From assembly GCF_004010195.1 (NCBI RefSeq), contig NC_057746.1, positions 27,476,374-27,540,373 of the forward strand: a stretch of DNA of 64,000 bases, given 5' to 3'. The stretch's first letter is position 1. Each line of letters starts with the position of its first letter. This DNA is from Chiloscyllium plagiosum (Eukaryota). Below, in pieces: positions 13,001-26,050 of this stretch. Under the pieces are notes generated by a model. It saw nothing but the letters and a program-made list of their open reading frames with translations. It was not told where the DNA came from and ran no database searches. The position numbers were made by a program, and so were the translations under genes.

Positions 13001-13930
13001 ATGGCAGTAAGCCAATTGAATGAGACTTTGGCAGCCACTTCTCTCAGTGATAGACCAGAAAATGCTCCCACCGAAGAACAGACTAATCCTGAACCCTTCA
13101 CTTGGACATGCCCAGATGGTTCCTTCGTGAAGAAAATTCTGCAGAGAGGTAGTGGTCTCGATAAACCCAAAGAAGGTTCAAAGTGTCGTGTTTGTGTGGA
13201 CGTGGAACCCTCCAGCAGTTTTGATGCAGGGACCCATTTCCAAAACGGGATCAATCAGTCAGTTGAGCTAATTCTTGGTGAGACTGATACACAGTTTGTA
13301 GAATTAATCGAGAAATGTGTTGAGACGATGCTTTTGGGAGAGCAATGTGAGCTAATCCCTGCTCCAGACTTGATGAAAACATTCACAGATTGCAGAGAAG
13401 GAATGAGAATGGTTGTGAAGCTGGAGGAGTTCACCCTCCAGCAGGACTCCTGGGAAATTGGATTTGAGGAAAAATGGCAGATGGCTATGCATCACAAAGC
13501 TAAAGCCACTGAGCATTTTAAAAGTGGGAATCTTTTTGGAGCTGCACTACGTTATGCAAAATCCCTGAAGCTGCTGGTGACTGTGAAATATGATGTGCCT
13601 CTTGAGAAAACCAAGGAGTATGTCCAGGCCAGAAAGGCCTTGTATTCAAATCTGGCAGCCTGCCAGATAAAACAGAAGCAGTACAGAAATGTCATCCACA
13701 ACTGCTCAAAGGCACTGGAGATTGAGCCAGACTCTGTGAAATGCCTGTACCGAAGGGGTCAGGCCTATGCCTCCATTAATGAGTTTGACAAAGCCAAACG
13801 TGATTTGAAGCGAGTACTGAAATTGGAACCAGCAAACTCTGCTGCTGCAGCGCAACTTCGAGTTCTTATTGAACAGATCAAGGCACAAAATGAAAAAATG
13901 GGCAAAGCAATGAGTAAGCTGTTCACCTGA
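13001..13930 (+). CDS. FKBPL: FK506-binding protein-like (degenerate FKBP domain + TPR repeats), 309 aa, intronless CDS
   Basis: WTCPDGSFVKKILQRGSGLDKPKEGSKCRV, ELIEKCVETMLLGEQCEL, DSWE, LYSNLAACQ, KCLYRRGQA and the C-terminal MSKLF follow human FKBPL as I recall it. AATAAA at 14019 and 14156. Confidence 0.93.
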   Translation: MAVSQLNETLAATSLSDRPENAPTEEQTNPEPFTWTCPDGSFVKKILQRGSGLDKPKEGSKCRVCVDVEPSSSFDAGTHFQNGINQSVELILGETDTQFVELIEKCVETMLLGEQCELIPAPDLMKTFTDCREGMRMVVKLEEFTLQQDSWEIGFEEKWQMAMHHKAKATEHFKSGNLFGAALRYAKSLKLLVTVKYDVPLEKTKEYVQARKALYSNLAACQIKQKQYRNVIHNCSKALEIEPDSVKCLYRRGQAYASINEFDKAKRDLKRVLKLEPANSAAAAQLRVLIEQIKAQNEKMGKAMSKLFT

Positions 13931-14663
13931 GAGTGTACACATCAGGATGAATCGGCAAAACATTCTCTTTCATTAACAGAGTAGCACTTGACCACAGGAG
14001 AATTTCATGTTTTGGACTAATAAATGTATAGAGGATGTTTCATTAATTATATTGTGTCTTGGGTTATAATGCTATAAAATTGTTTTACAAGAGATCAAGA
14101 AGACTGTTTTCACATGTTTATAAGACAAATTCATTTTTATGAACCCAGACGATACAATAAAAATTGGTCATCACGCATGATTTGATTCTGGGAAGACAGA
14201 ATAGTTGAAGAAGTGTAATGAGGTTGAGTGGTTAACTGGAACTGTAATTCATTGCAGATTGTATTAACTCTACTGATGTTTGTCAGTATTTAATTATCTG
14301 ATGAGGGAAGTTTCTGTATTGCCAAGAGCCTAGCTCCTATTACGTGAAAGCATGGATTTTTGATATTTTCAACTGTGGCACCTGTAATATAGAGTGTAAA
14401 CTTTTAAATAAACTGCCAAACTTTCTGTGCAATGACCCCCATTAAGTCAGGTGGTGTTGTGGATGAATGTTAATCCAGATAGATTAGAATATGTTTTTTG
14501 AATAAAGTACAGGAATTAAATTTGCATCAGTGATTTCAACTGAATAGGGGTTGATTACAAATTCTGTTTCGATTGGGTAATATGTCCTAGCCCCGCATTT
14601 TATCTGAAAGGACTTAGTATGGCAAGTTTGTTTGACATACAGCACTGTTGAAGAACACGCTCA

Positions 14664-15364
14664 TGTTACGACACTGGGTAAACCCTCCTGCTTAATTTAA
14701 AACGAGCATCACAGAAATGATTTATCCCATGCAGTCGTCTGCAAAAAACGCGAGTGGCCAAGAACTATTTAAAGTAAAAATTAACAACTTTATTTCTTAA
14801 AGTATAACCGAATAATTAACTAACAACTATTCACAAGTTCTTACTCTAGTCTATCTTTTACCTTCCCTTCTATAATTCTTGTCTTACAAAAGGCTTACTT
14901 AAGGCTTACAAAACAAAAATTCTTATCTCAACCAGGCAGCTTTCGGTTCTTCTATTTGGATCTTCCTGTGTCTTTTCTTCTTAGGAATTCTGCATCACAG
15001 GTTACTGATTGGAAAAGGTACCGTTTAAGAGACATATTTTTCAGGCAGTCTGTTTACATTCTAGGGCTTGGTGGTCCTCCTCCCAACTGTTCAGTTTTCC
15101 CCCGGTCTTATACCCCAGAGCATCACAGTGTGTCATTGGCTTTTAAGATTGTCAATATACTCGATTTAAACTTGATTGGAGTTGGGTACTTTTCAGGGTA
15201 TAATTTAAACTGATTGGCCTAATTCGAATCTGTTTTTTTTGTTTCCAGGCAGCCAGCTGTTCCAGTAGCTGGAGCACACATTACATTGTGTCTAGTTAAG
15301 AACACTAGATGCTGTCACGCTTTAACTCTCTTAAAAGGTATAGTTCACCCACATCTTCAAAACA
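14664..15364 (-). mobile_element. solo LTR
   Basis: TGT...ACA termini, near 4-bp TSD (CTCA/CTTA), AATAAA on the minus strand. Homologous to 42314-43079. Confidence 0.65.
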
Positions 15365-18300
15365 CTTATTAAAGTCGTCCCTGTCACTCTACTTAGTTGA
15401 CTCTTCTCGGTCACAACTGCTTATAAATATCTGGAACTTCATGGATCTCGGGAATCTTGTCAGCTAGTTAATTACCCTCATCATCAAATTGAATGTATTC
15501 ATGTTGGGCATTGCAGCCAGGTCAGCAGCTGTTGCATACCTGTGTTCTGTTATAGGCTGGGTAGGAGTTTTGTATGTGTTGTCTTAGCATTGAAATGAAA
15601 CTCTTTCATTCTGGTGTTAGATCATCTGATGATGGAATTCCTTGTTGGCACGCCATTTGCTGCACATTCCAAGAGCCCGATCAGAATTCCTGCACCTTGG
15701 TATGATGCTCTTAGACCCATAATATAAAATGTTGTACCATTAAGCCCAATGTGCCTGTGCAAGCTCCCTGTCTCTTATCCCCTTAATACTTTATCCCTCT
15801 TCCTTTTAAAAATATATTTAATTGAATTTAGCATTTACCCCTCCTTTCCTGGTTGTGCATTCCACATCATCTTAACCCTCTGCTCATATGTTCTGCTGTC
15901 CTTTTTAAAAACCTCTCTTTTTATCTATTTTCCTCCTACCCAATTTCTTTACAATCTTTTCTGTTACTCTGATGTTGACAGTTTCATCCCTCTTCTTCAG
16001 TGAAGGTGTATATAAAATGATTGAATGTGACAAGATGTTAAGTTATAAACTATCATTTCCACAACTAATTTGCATTTTCTCATGTCTTTCCTGGACAGAT
16101 AAGGTGTTGGGGAAGATGTTTCCATTGGCAGGAGAGACTAGGGCCTGAGGGTATGACCTTAGTGTAAAGGGAGGACCTTTTTAGAAGGGAGATAAGGAGA
16201 AATGTTTTCAGCCAGAGAATGGTGAATCTATGGAATCATTGCCACAGTAGGCTGTGGAGGCCAGGTCATTGAGTATATTTAAGACTGAGATAGATAGGTT
16301 CTTGAGTATCAAGGGTTACGGGGAGAAAGTAGGAGAATGGAATTTGGCCATGATTAAATGGCAGAGCAGACTCTATAGGCTGAACAGCCGAATTTCTGCT
16401 CCTGTGTCTTATGGTCTTACCTTCTATCTTTACATAAGTAAATGCATTGTCAATGTTAGATTAATAAGAGTTGTGTCATAGGTGCTGTAGAAAGTGATAA
16501 CAGAGCTAAAGTTGTGAGGAGGCTCCATGTGAAAGTTATGGGTGAGAGATTGAACATTCACCCCAAATGTAGGGCTTGATGTATAAAATACTGTCAGCAA
16601 AATAGAATGGGTCTACTTGAAATAGGTCATTTATTTTCAGGAAGCTGAATGAGAAAATGCAAATTAGCTGTAGAGAGAGAGCTCACAACTTAACAGTATT
16701 ACTGGAACAGCTATACCATGAAGCAGTGGTTTAAGAAGACAGCTCTCTAGCACAAGTTTAAGTCCAACTGGGGAGGGGTAGAAAATCTGGCCTCACTACA
16801 TACACCCAAATCTGCCAGAAAGAATTGCAAGAAATAGATATTACATGCACACCCTTTGCACATGTGGAGACGTGTCCGATATGCTTGGGCAAGTTATAAG
16901 TTTATCATTTAATGCTGAAGATGAGATGCACAAAGAACTAGTATCTAAAACAGCACTGCCTGAAACTGCAAATATGTATGCTGTAAGGAATAGACTGATT
17001 AAAAGCACATCTGCAAAAAAGCAGGCTTATAAAACAAGATGTAGAGGCAGAATCAGATTATTCAGGCATTGAATGAGATCATGCAAGTCTGATAATCCTT
17101 ACCTCCACTTCCCTGTGTTTTTCACGCTTGATTCCTTTACTGATTAAAAATTAGTCTTATCTTGGCCTTGAATATACTCACTGACTCGTCCTCTATAGTA
17201 AAGAATTCCATCAATTCAATACCCTCGATAGAAATTCCCCCTCATCTTTGTCTTCAATGTGTGATCCCTTACTCTGAGATTATGTCCTTTGGTCCGATAC
17301 TCTCCCATATACCCTATCAAATCACTGAAGAATCAATAAGATCACCTATCATTCTTCTAAATTTCAATGCGTACATGCTCAATCTACTCAACTTCACCTC
17401 ATAAGACAGTTCTTCCATTCTTCGGATCAGCCTGGGGAACCTTTGAATGATAAGGGGACCAAAACTGTTCCAGGTGGTTTGAATAATGTCTTGTATAGTA
17501 TTAGCTAAACCTCCCAACTTTTATACACTATTCACTTCAAAATGAAGTCTGACGTTCCATTTGCCTTTCTTATTATTCCAGAATTTGGATTCCTCTGTGT
17601 AGATTGCTACTAAACGTCTGACCCAGACCACGTCAGCCAGCTCCTCCCTCATTCTTTTGAAATTACACTTATTTATGTTTGTACTCCTCCCTCCCAAACT
17701 AAATGCTAAATTCTACCATGTTATGGTCACTGTTTCCTAGGGGACCTTTTACATAATTTTTTAAACTTGCCTCATTACACATCACAGAGTCTGATCACTG
17801 ATTGGATCCACAACATGTTATTCGAGGAAACTCCGCTCAAAATTCTTCCTCATGGCTTCTTCTGACTATCCAAATCTGCGTGAAATTTAAGGTTACCCAT
17901 GATTCATTTGCCTTTGTTAGGTGCCTTCATTATTTCCTGATTTATTGTTAGGGAGCCGAGAGACTGCTCCTGCCAGTGTCAGCTTTCCCTTTTTAATTTC
18001 TTATCTCAACCCAAATGGATTCTACATCTTCTGATATAAGATCATTCCTTGCTATCATAATTATTTCATCCCATACCATCAATGCTACCTCAACACCCTT
18101 GTCTGCTTTTCTGGCTTTTAAAAATGTTATATATTCCTGAATATTTAGTTTTGATCTCCTTGTAATTATGTGTCCATAATGGTCATAAGATCATACTCGT
18201 TAACCTGTATTGTCTTGTTAATTTATTGGTTTGTGTTGAACACGAGACACATTGAAGTAAAGAGTCATTAACTTTACCTTTTTATCTTTCTTTACCTGTT

Positions 18301-20602
18301 GGATCATATGTACTACTGTTTTTCTACTTTTGTACACTATCTCTTCCTGTCCCATTATGGATATTATTAATCAAATGGCTGCTCTCTGGTGCTGCCATAT
18401 TCTTTTACTTTGTAAGTCTACGTTTCCTTTATTCCAACACCCAACCACCGTCAATTAGTTTAAAGCTTTCCCTACAGCACTGTTATGTGATTTGCCAGGA
18501 CACTGGTCCCAGCACAGATCCAACCCACCAGACCAGCTCCCTTGCCCCACAAGCTGAAACCCATTCCATCAGGGTCACCATGAAAGGACGTGGAGGAGGA
18601 AAGGCAAGGATGGGAATAAAGATAGGGAGAGCTTGGAGCCCAAATAAGTCGTATATCTTTTTCTACAGTGGATGGTGAAATTTTGAATTCTGATATTGTG
18701 TTCTCATCTTTTGCATAGCATACATTTTCAAATACATTCAAAGTAATAATTTACACTTCAAAGGTTAAGTATTTTTAAGAATCAATTTTTTTTTGACGTA
18801 GAAAGATCCGTGAAGACTTTTAAAGTGACTATCGTTAAAAAAAAATGTAGGCGTCAAACTGTCCCCACAAAGAAGCCTGCAATTTGTTTTATATTTTTTT
18901 TCAGCTGAGGTGGTTTGTTATGTCACAAACAAGCACAGTGTCACTGATGAATCATTTTACATGTACTCTTAATATTGAACGATTTAGCATTGTTGTGTGT
19001 GGGAGTAAAGTATTTGCTACGATCTCTTCGCCCGGGTTAGAAGAGCAATTCATTCTCACAGGTAATGAATCATTGAAATTACTTTGTTGCCTAGTGTATC
19101 TTAACAAACCGTCTCTGCCAGTTTATGGTGGGCTTTATGCATTCACTTGCTTTCATTTTGTTTTGGTCTTGAAGGCATTTGCTACTGTTTCCTCCCATTG
19201 CTGGTTTTCAGGCCACTGTGTGCTCTACTCATATTCATTTTTTTAAAAAGGCCATGAAATGCTTCCAGCATGCTCTCCCAATCATTGTGATCAAGACTGA
19301 TTTACTACCTCAAATCAATCTTTCTCCGCACTCTCCATATTCTTTATCTATATTTGTATCCAGAAACCCAGTCAGCTCCTTTGTTTAAATATAATGAACC
19401 TCAAAGCATTCACAGACCCATGGGGTAGAAAATTCAAATATTTAATTTGAAAATTGAGTGCAACATTCTGATATCGTTCATCTTATCAGATCTGAAGACT
19501 TTTATATTATTTGGTGAAATACCCTCTCAATCTTTGAGTTTCTGTGGAAAAATACAAAATCTATCCAATCTCTCTACATATACAGGATGTCATAGTAATG
19601 TCTACTGGACATTGCTTTGGGAAAATTCTTTGGGACGAGGGTTGGAATCCCATCACAGTTGACGGTAAGCTTTGAGTTCTATAAAATTTTGGAATTAGAT
19701 GCTGACTAATGGTAATCGTGCTATGTAGAGTTGTTTAAATCTACATGTGACTTCAGAACCACAGGAATATGGATTGACTGTTAAATGTCCTCTGAAGTGG
19801 CTTCCTAATCAACTCGAGGATTTGGAATGACATTAACACCAACATTGCATGAAACATTAAAAAAATGTCTTATCACCTTCCTTCAGTCTTTTTCTGTTCC
19901 AAAGTAAACAATCCTAAGATAAACAATCCTAAACTAAACAATCCCAATCTAAACAATCTTTGCTTATGGCTGACAACAGTATTACCAAAAATCTTCTCTG
20001 TACCCTCTCCATTTATCTAGATGACATCCTTCATGTAATGCAGCAACCAGAACTGCACTAGCAGAATTTGCAAATGATTACAACACAAAAGAAAACCATT
20101 CTACATTTTAAGTCCATTTCAGTTCTCTGCAAAAGCAACTCAGCCAGTCCCATTCCTCTCTTCCTATAGCATAGCACTTCTTCCTCTACCCTTTTGTCAG
20201 TGACAATTGAATCCATTTCCACCACATGCTCCTACGATGCATTACAGAGCTTAACTACATGCTGCATTTAAAAACAAACTTTTATTGTGTTTGGTTCTTT
20301 TGTCATTCACCATAAATTTATGTCCTCTGGTGGTTCAAAATCTTCACTATCTACTCTGTCCAGACCCCTTATGATTTTGAACAGCTCTGAACCTTGTTTA
20401 TCTAAGGAGAACTTCTCCATTCCATCCAAGTGACTGAAGTCACCTCATCCCTGGAACTATATCATAATTTTCTTTTGAAACCGTCTCTGGAATACCTCAC
20501 CTTCTTTTATATTTCTAACCTTCCCATACCTTCATGTGGCCTACCTCTGAATCATTTACCTTTCTTGATTTCTCTATCACTATTTTGGGAGAATAAGTTG
20601 TC

Positions 20603-21772
20603 AAATGGACTTCAGTAAGGTGTTCGACAAGGTTCCCCATGGGAGACTGGTTGGCAAGGTTAGATCTCATGGAATACAGGGAGAACTAGCCATTTGGATA
20701 CAGAATTGTCTCAAAGGTAGACGACAGAGAGTGGTGGTGGAGGGTTGTTTTTCAGACTGGAGGTCTGTGACCAGTGGAGTGCCACAAGGATCAGTGCTAG
20801 GTCCATGACTTTTCATCATGTATATGAATGATTTGGATGTGAGCACAAGAGGTATAATTAGTAATTTTGCAGATAACACCAAAATTGGAGGCGTGGTGGA
20901 CAGTGAAGAAGATTACCTCAGATTACAATGGAATCTTGATCAGATGGGCAAATGGGCTGAGAATTGGCAGATAGAGTTTAATTCAGATAAATGCAAAGTG
21001 CTGCATTTTGTAAAAGCAAATCTTAGCAGGACTTATATACTTAATGGTAAGGTCCTAGAGAGTCTTGCTGAACAAAGAGTCCTTGGAGTGCAGGTTCATT
21101 ACTTCTTGAAAGTAGAGTCGCTGGTAGATAGGATAGTGAAGAAGGTATGCTTTCCTTTATTGGTCAGAATATTGAGTACAGGAGTTGGGAGGTCATATTG
21201 CACCTGTACAGGACATTGCTTAGGCCTCTGTTGGAATATTGTGTCCAACTCTGGTCTCCTTCCTATCAGGACGATGTTGTGAAACTTCAAAGGGTTCAGA
21301 AAAGATTGACAAGGATATTGCCATCATTGCAGGATTTGAGCTATCGGGAGAGGCTGAATAGGCTGGGGCTATTTTCCCTAGAGGGTCGTAGGCTGAGGGG
21401 TGACCTTATAGAGGTTTACAAAATCATGAGAGACATGGATAGAATAAATAGACAGTCTCTTCCCTGGGGTGGGGAGTCCAGAACTAGAGGGTATGTGTTT
21501 AGGGTGAGAGGGGAAAGATATGAAAGAGACCTAAGGGGCAACTTTTTCATACAGAGGGTGGTACGTGTATGAAATGAGCTGCCAGAGGAAGTGATGGAGA
21601 CTTGTACAATTGCAACATTTAAAAGGCTTCTGGATGGGTATACGAATATAAAGGGTTTGGAGGGATATGGGCTGGGTGCTGGCAGGTTGGACTAGATTGG
21701 TTTGGGATATCTGGTTGGCATGGACGAGTTAGACTGAAAGGTCTGTTTCCTTGCTGTACATTTCTATGAATC
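20603..21772 (+). mobile_element. CR1/HER1-like LINE 3' ~1.2 kb
   Basis: [56 protein letters not shown], then a 3' UTR. Confidence 0.92.
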
Positions 21773-23469
21773 TATTTGATCCAGTGATTATTACCTTGGA
21801 GGTTCTGCTTTTTAACTTAGTTCTTAATTATTCAAAGTCTTTCAACCAAACCTTGTTTCTCATCCTCCCAATGTCATTGGTACAAATGCGGATGATGACT
21901 ATTGGATCTCTCCTCTCCCCCTCCAAGTTATGCACTCGGGCAAGCAATATAACCTTTGGGGTTCCCGCTCATAGCTGCCATGAACAGTAGCAAACAGTAC
22001 CTGTTCTCTCTAATTTTACTGTCCTCTGGCACAGTTACATTTCTATTTTCTTTCTCCGCTTAAAAAGCTCTTTGTGCTGTGGTCAGTTTGCTCTTCATCC
22101 TGAGAGTCCCCAATCTTTTCTGCACAGCTTGCATGAGCCTTGTAACTGGTGAACAATTGTCAAGATCGAGGCTCCTCAGTTGTAACCCCTGTGTTGTCAT
22201 ATCTGCCTCATTTGCAATTAAGTCCTTATATCACTAATCATAAACCAACTTTTAGATACCTAATCTGAAGGGTGTTGTCACTCTCTCAAGCAAAGTGTCC
22301 AGGTAACTTTGCCCTTCCCTGGTATGGCGCAATATCTGTAGCTCAGACTCCAGCTCCTCAACTCAGATCCGAAGTTCCTTAAGCAGCAAACACTTCTTAC
22401 ACATGTGCCTACTTTTGATGATAGTGCTGTCCAGTTGCTCCAACATGTTCAGCATCAACACATCACATGTCTTGCCATCATTATTGTATTTGATTTATCT
22501 TGTAAGTTAATTGCTCATAATTTCCTGCTCTTTACACTTCACTGTACTGATATTGTTTTTGTAAACTATAAATTAAAAAAAATGAGTAGCCTTCTAATAT
22601 TTAAGCAGTTATTTATAAGAAAAGAAAGAAGAACAAAGCAGACCAGAAAACTAACCTTAATTGTATTTGAAATAGAAATATTCACCATCTCTACTCACCA
22701 ATCAGCTTCTTTCCCTGTAAATGATTTGGAGTGCTGCTCCAAAAGCTAGTGCTTCCAGTTAAACCTGTTGGACTATAACCTGGTGTTGTGAGATTTTTAA
22801 CTCTCCCTGTAATTGTGTCAAACTCTGGTCTGTACTGTAACTCTGCAGCAAGTTGGCCTCCTGATCCATGTCATATTTCATTTCCCACTATTTCTCACTC
22901 TGGAGTGTTTACCTCTTGCAGTAAATTCTAATAAAAACACCACAACTCCCTTTGCACTGAATTTCCACTTGGAACCAAATTTCTTAACAATAGTCAGTAA
23001 CTAATTTGGCCTTTACCTCATTGCTGCAGTCCCATACTGACCATGCTCCTTACTAAATGTGCTGTGGCTTAAGAACTTATAGGTGCAGTTTTATTTTTAA
23101 CTTTACTTTCATCTTAATCAAAAGTGCTGGGTTGAAAGTTTACCATCTGTGTGTACAAGTTAATACTAGCTGGTTTGTGGCACATTCCTCAGTAGCCAGT
23201 TGAGGTACGTTAGCAGTTGCACAAACCAAATGACCCATGATTGAGTGAGCTGATTAATCAGTTGACTTCCCTTTTATAAATGTATGGTCTGTGACACACA
23301 AATCAAGGATGATTCATTTATTGATATATCACAGATGCCGTCTCTAACACCATAATAAGGTTAAACATGAGTTCATACAGAAAATAATGCAGTAGATATA
23401 AACCAGCATTAGACAATATTATTAAAATCCCAGAATTCACAATCTGATTAAACATCACAATCCCAGCAG

Positions 23470-23752
23470 GGGTAACACAGTGGTTCAGTGGTTAGCACTA
23501 TTGCCTTACAACACCAGGGACCCAGGTTCAATTCCTGTCTCAGGCAACTGTCTGTGTGGAGTTTGCATGTTCTCCCCATGTCTGTGTGGGTTTCCTCCCA
23601 CAGTCCAAAGATGCGCAGGTAACGTGAATTGGTGCATTAGTCTGGGGTAAATGTAGAGGAATGGGTTTGGGTGGGTTGCTCTTCGGAAGGTTAGTGTGGA
23701 CTTATTGGGCCGAACAGTCTATTCCCACACTGTAGGGAATCGAATTGAATTA
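23470..23752 (+). mobile_element. HE1-like tRNA-derived SINE
   Basis: A-box TGGTTCAGTGG, B-box GGTTCAATTCC, V-domain and CR1-like tail. Confidence 0.85.
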
Positions 23753-25499
23753 CAGAGTATTTTACTCCGGCATACATATTTCAATCTTTACAAAATTTAA
23801 CTTGTATTCAAGATAAATGTCCAATTAACAAGGTAATTTCAACTCATCAATTTGTGATAAAAATGTTTATCAACCATCCAGTATAGTCTCCTTCAAAGAG
23901 CTGGTTGATGTCAGTAACTGGATATATTCTCTACTAGAGTTAAGGGTAAAGTAATTGAACAGCTTCAAGATTTCAGCTGCATGCAGAGCCTGAGCATGGA
24001 TTTAGGGGGGGTAGGTCATTTTGCATTTCAATATTTGAAGAGACGAGGGATTGTTTCTGAATGCTATTGATTTGGCTTCAAGAAGATATTTGAGAAGGTC
24101 AAGGAGATTAAGGAATCTGGTCTTCTATATGGCAGAATGTGACTAGTATTGTTCCATAAAAGGTTCTGAGTTGAGGCCTCAATTACAGCCACAACCCAGT
24201 TTATTCATAATTCAGTTGCAGTCAAAAGCCACATTTCTAAATTTGGTGGTTACAACACCAAGATAGGTGGCATTGTAAACAGTGTAGATGGAAATATCAA
24301 ATTGCAAAGAGATTTTGTTGGATTAAGTGAATGGCAAAGCTGACAAGTAGAGTTCAATGTGGATAAACGTGAGGTTATCCATTTTGAAACTGAAAGAGGT
24401 AGAACAGGGTACTTTGTAAATGAGGAGCAGCTGGAAACAGTGGAGGTTCAAAGAGAGGATTAGAGGTCAAGATGCACAGATTATTGAAATGGCATGTTGC
24501 CATCTGGAAAATAGCCAAAAGGGCTAACAAATTGTTGGCTTTTATTTTTGGATTTTGAGGGAATACAAGAGGCAAGTCATGATACAGCTTTGTACAAAAC
24601 CATGGTTAGACCCTACTCTGGAAACTGCCACAGCTTGATGAGGAGGGAATTTGCATGGTTTTCAGTAATTACAATTGAACCTGAAACTTCTGTTTAGAAT
24701 TCCACCAGAAGACTTCCTACAAAGTAATAGTAACCACTCAAAGGACAGAAAGAGACCTTTTCTTTTGATTATGGAGTCTAAAACTAGACCTCTTAGTTTA
24801 AGACATTAAAGGAGAGTGTAATAGAAATTTTGAACTGGCAAATGTGCTAGACAAATTATTAATTTTAAAACTAATATGGATAAACTTTTGTTATCCAAAG
24901 GCATTAAATGATAGGGCACAAAGGCCTCTTGGTGTGACATTTCCCATCTATGTAACTTAGGCATTCATGTGCATTGCTGTTGAGGCCAGCATTTGTTGCT
25001 ATCTCTAATTGGCATTGAAGGTGGTGGAGAGCTGCAGAATGAATTAAAAGTACATATTTGTTTTCCTAATTGTTTTTGGATAACTTTCTGTAAATCATAT
25101 AGAGACTAAAGCCCCTCTGACTGTAATCATTTCCCAGTCTATCATTACCATACAAAATGGATAACTATATGCTTTGCTACTTTGCATTACACTGCCATTT
25201 TGCTCACTAATCCAGCCTGTTTGTATTCTCCTCAATACTTAACATCAACTATAACATTGCATAATCAACATTAGCTTCTGTTACAAAAGGATTGGAATAT
25301 AAGTGTACTTAGAGTCTTATGATAAGTATGCAGGCCACCGGTGAGGTCAAACCTGGAAGACTCTGTGCTGGGTGAAGATCCTGTAAAACCCTCACTAACA
25401 GTCTTGTGGGTGTGCCTATGCGACAGATACTGAAATGGCTCATGAAAACAGCTCATCACCACTTTCTGCCACTCAAGGCAAAATAACAGAAACTAACTA

Positions 25500-26050
25500 T
25501 CAATGGTTTGTAATCCGGATAATTTTCAAAGCTGCTGAATTTTTTTTGCTAAAATTCCATCCTGGATCAAAAATGGGAAAGATTCTCTCAGTGAAATCAT
25601 GCGTGAAAGTGTAAAGATTGGACATGTTGTCTGCGTTGTAAAATGATAACTGTCCACCCTCGTAGTCCAGGTAAACTCCAATCTTTTGGGGTTTCACATT
25701 GGGTGTGAGGGTGGTCCATGTGGGAGAGGTACTTGCAAAATAGTCATTTTCATTTCCTAGTCCTACTGTCCAGTATCCAGTTTCAGGTTTTGGGTCAATT
25801 TCACCTCTCCTCTGAGCAGACTGTCGGGCCACTCCAAGACCCCATTCAGTCTTGTTGCCCACTTGCACCTCCCAGTAATGTCTCCCTGATGTGAATCCCT
25901 CCAACCCCAGGACAAAGGCCCAAGAATCAAACCTCTGTGAAGTGATAGGGAGCGACTGTGCTTTATTTCCAAGTCTCACACTAGTCCAGTCCTCAGATAG
26001 GATGAGTTGGGGATGTGCTGTTTTTGGATCCAGAGTCAGAGAGGCTGGAA
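25500..26050 (-). CDS. TRIM exon 6: PRY-SPRY/B30.2 domain
   Basis: PASLTLDPKTAHPQLILSED, GFTSGRHYWEVQVG, KIGVYLDYEGGQLSFYN; frame open to the stop. Confidence 0.93.

Noticed and set aside
12796-13963. Antisense ORFs 12796-13254 and 13706-13963 (and 63516-63857)
   Set aside because: Shadows of real coding exons on the opposite strand.
23470-23545. tRNA-like A/B boxes (also ~7575, ~28985, ~51400)
   Set aside because: These are heads of HE1-type SINEs and form no complete cloverleaf.
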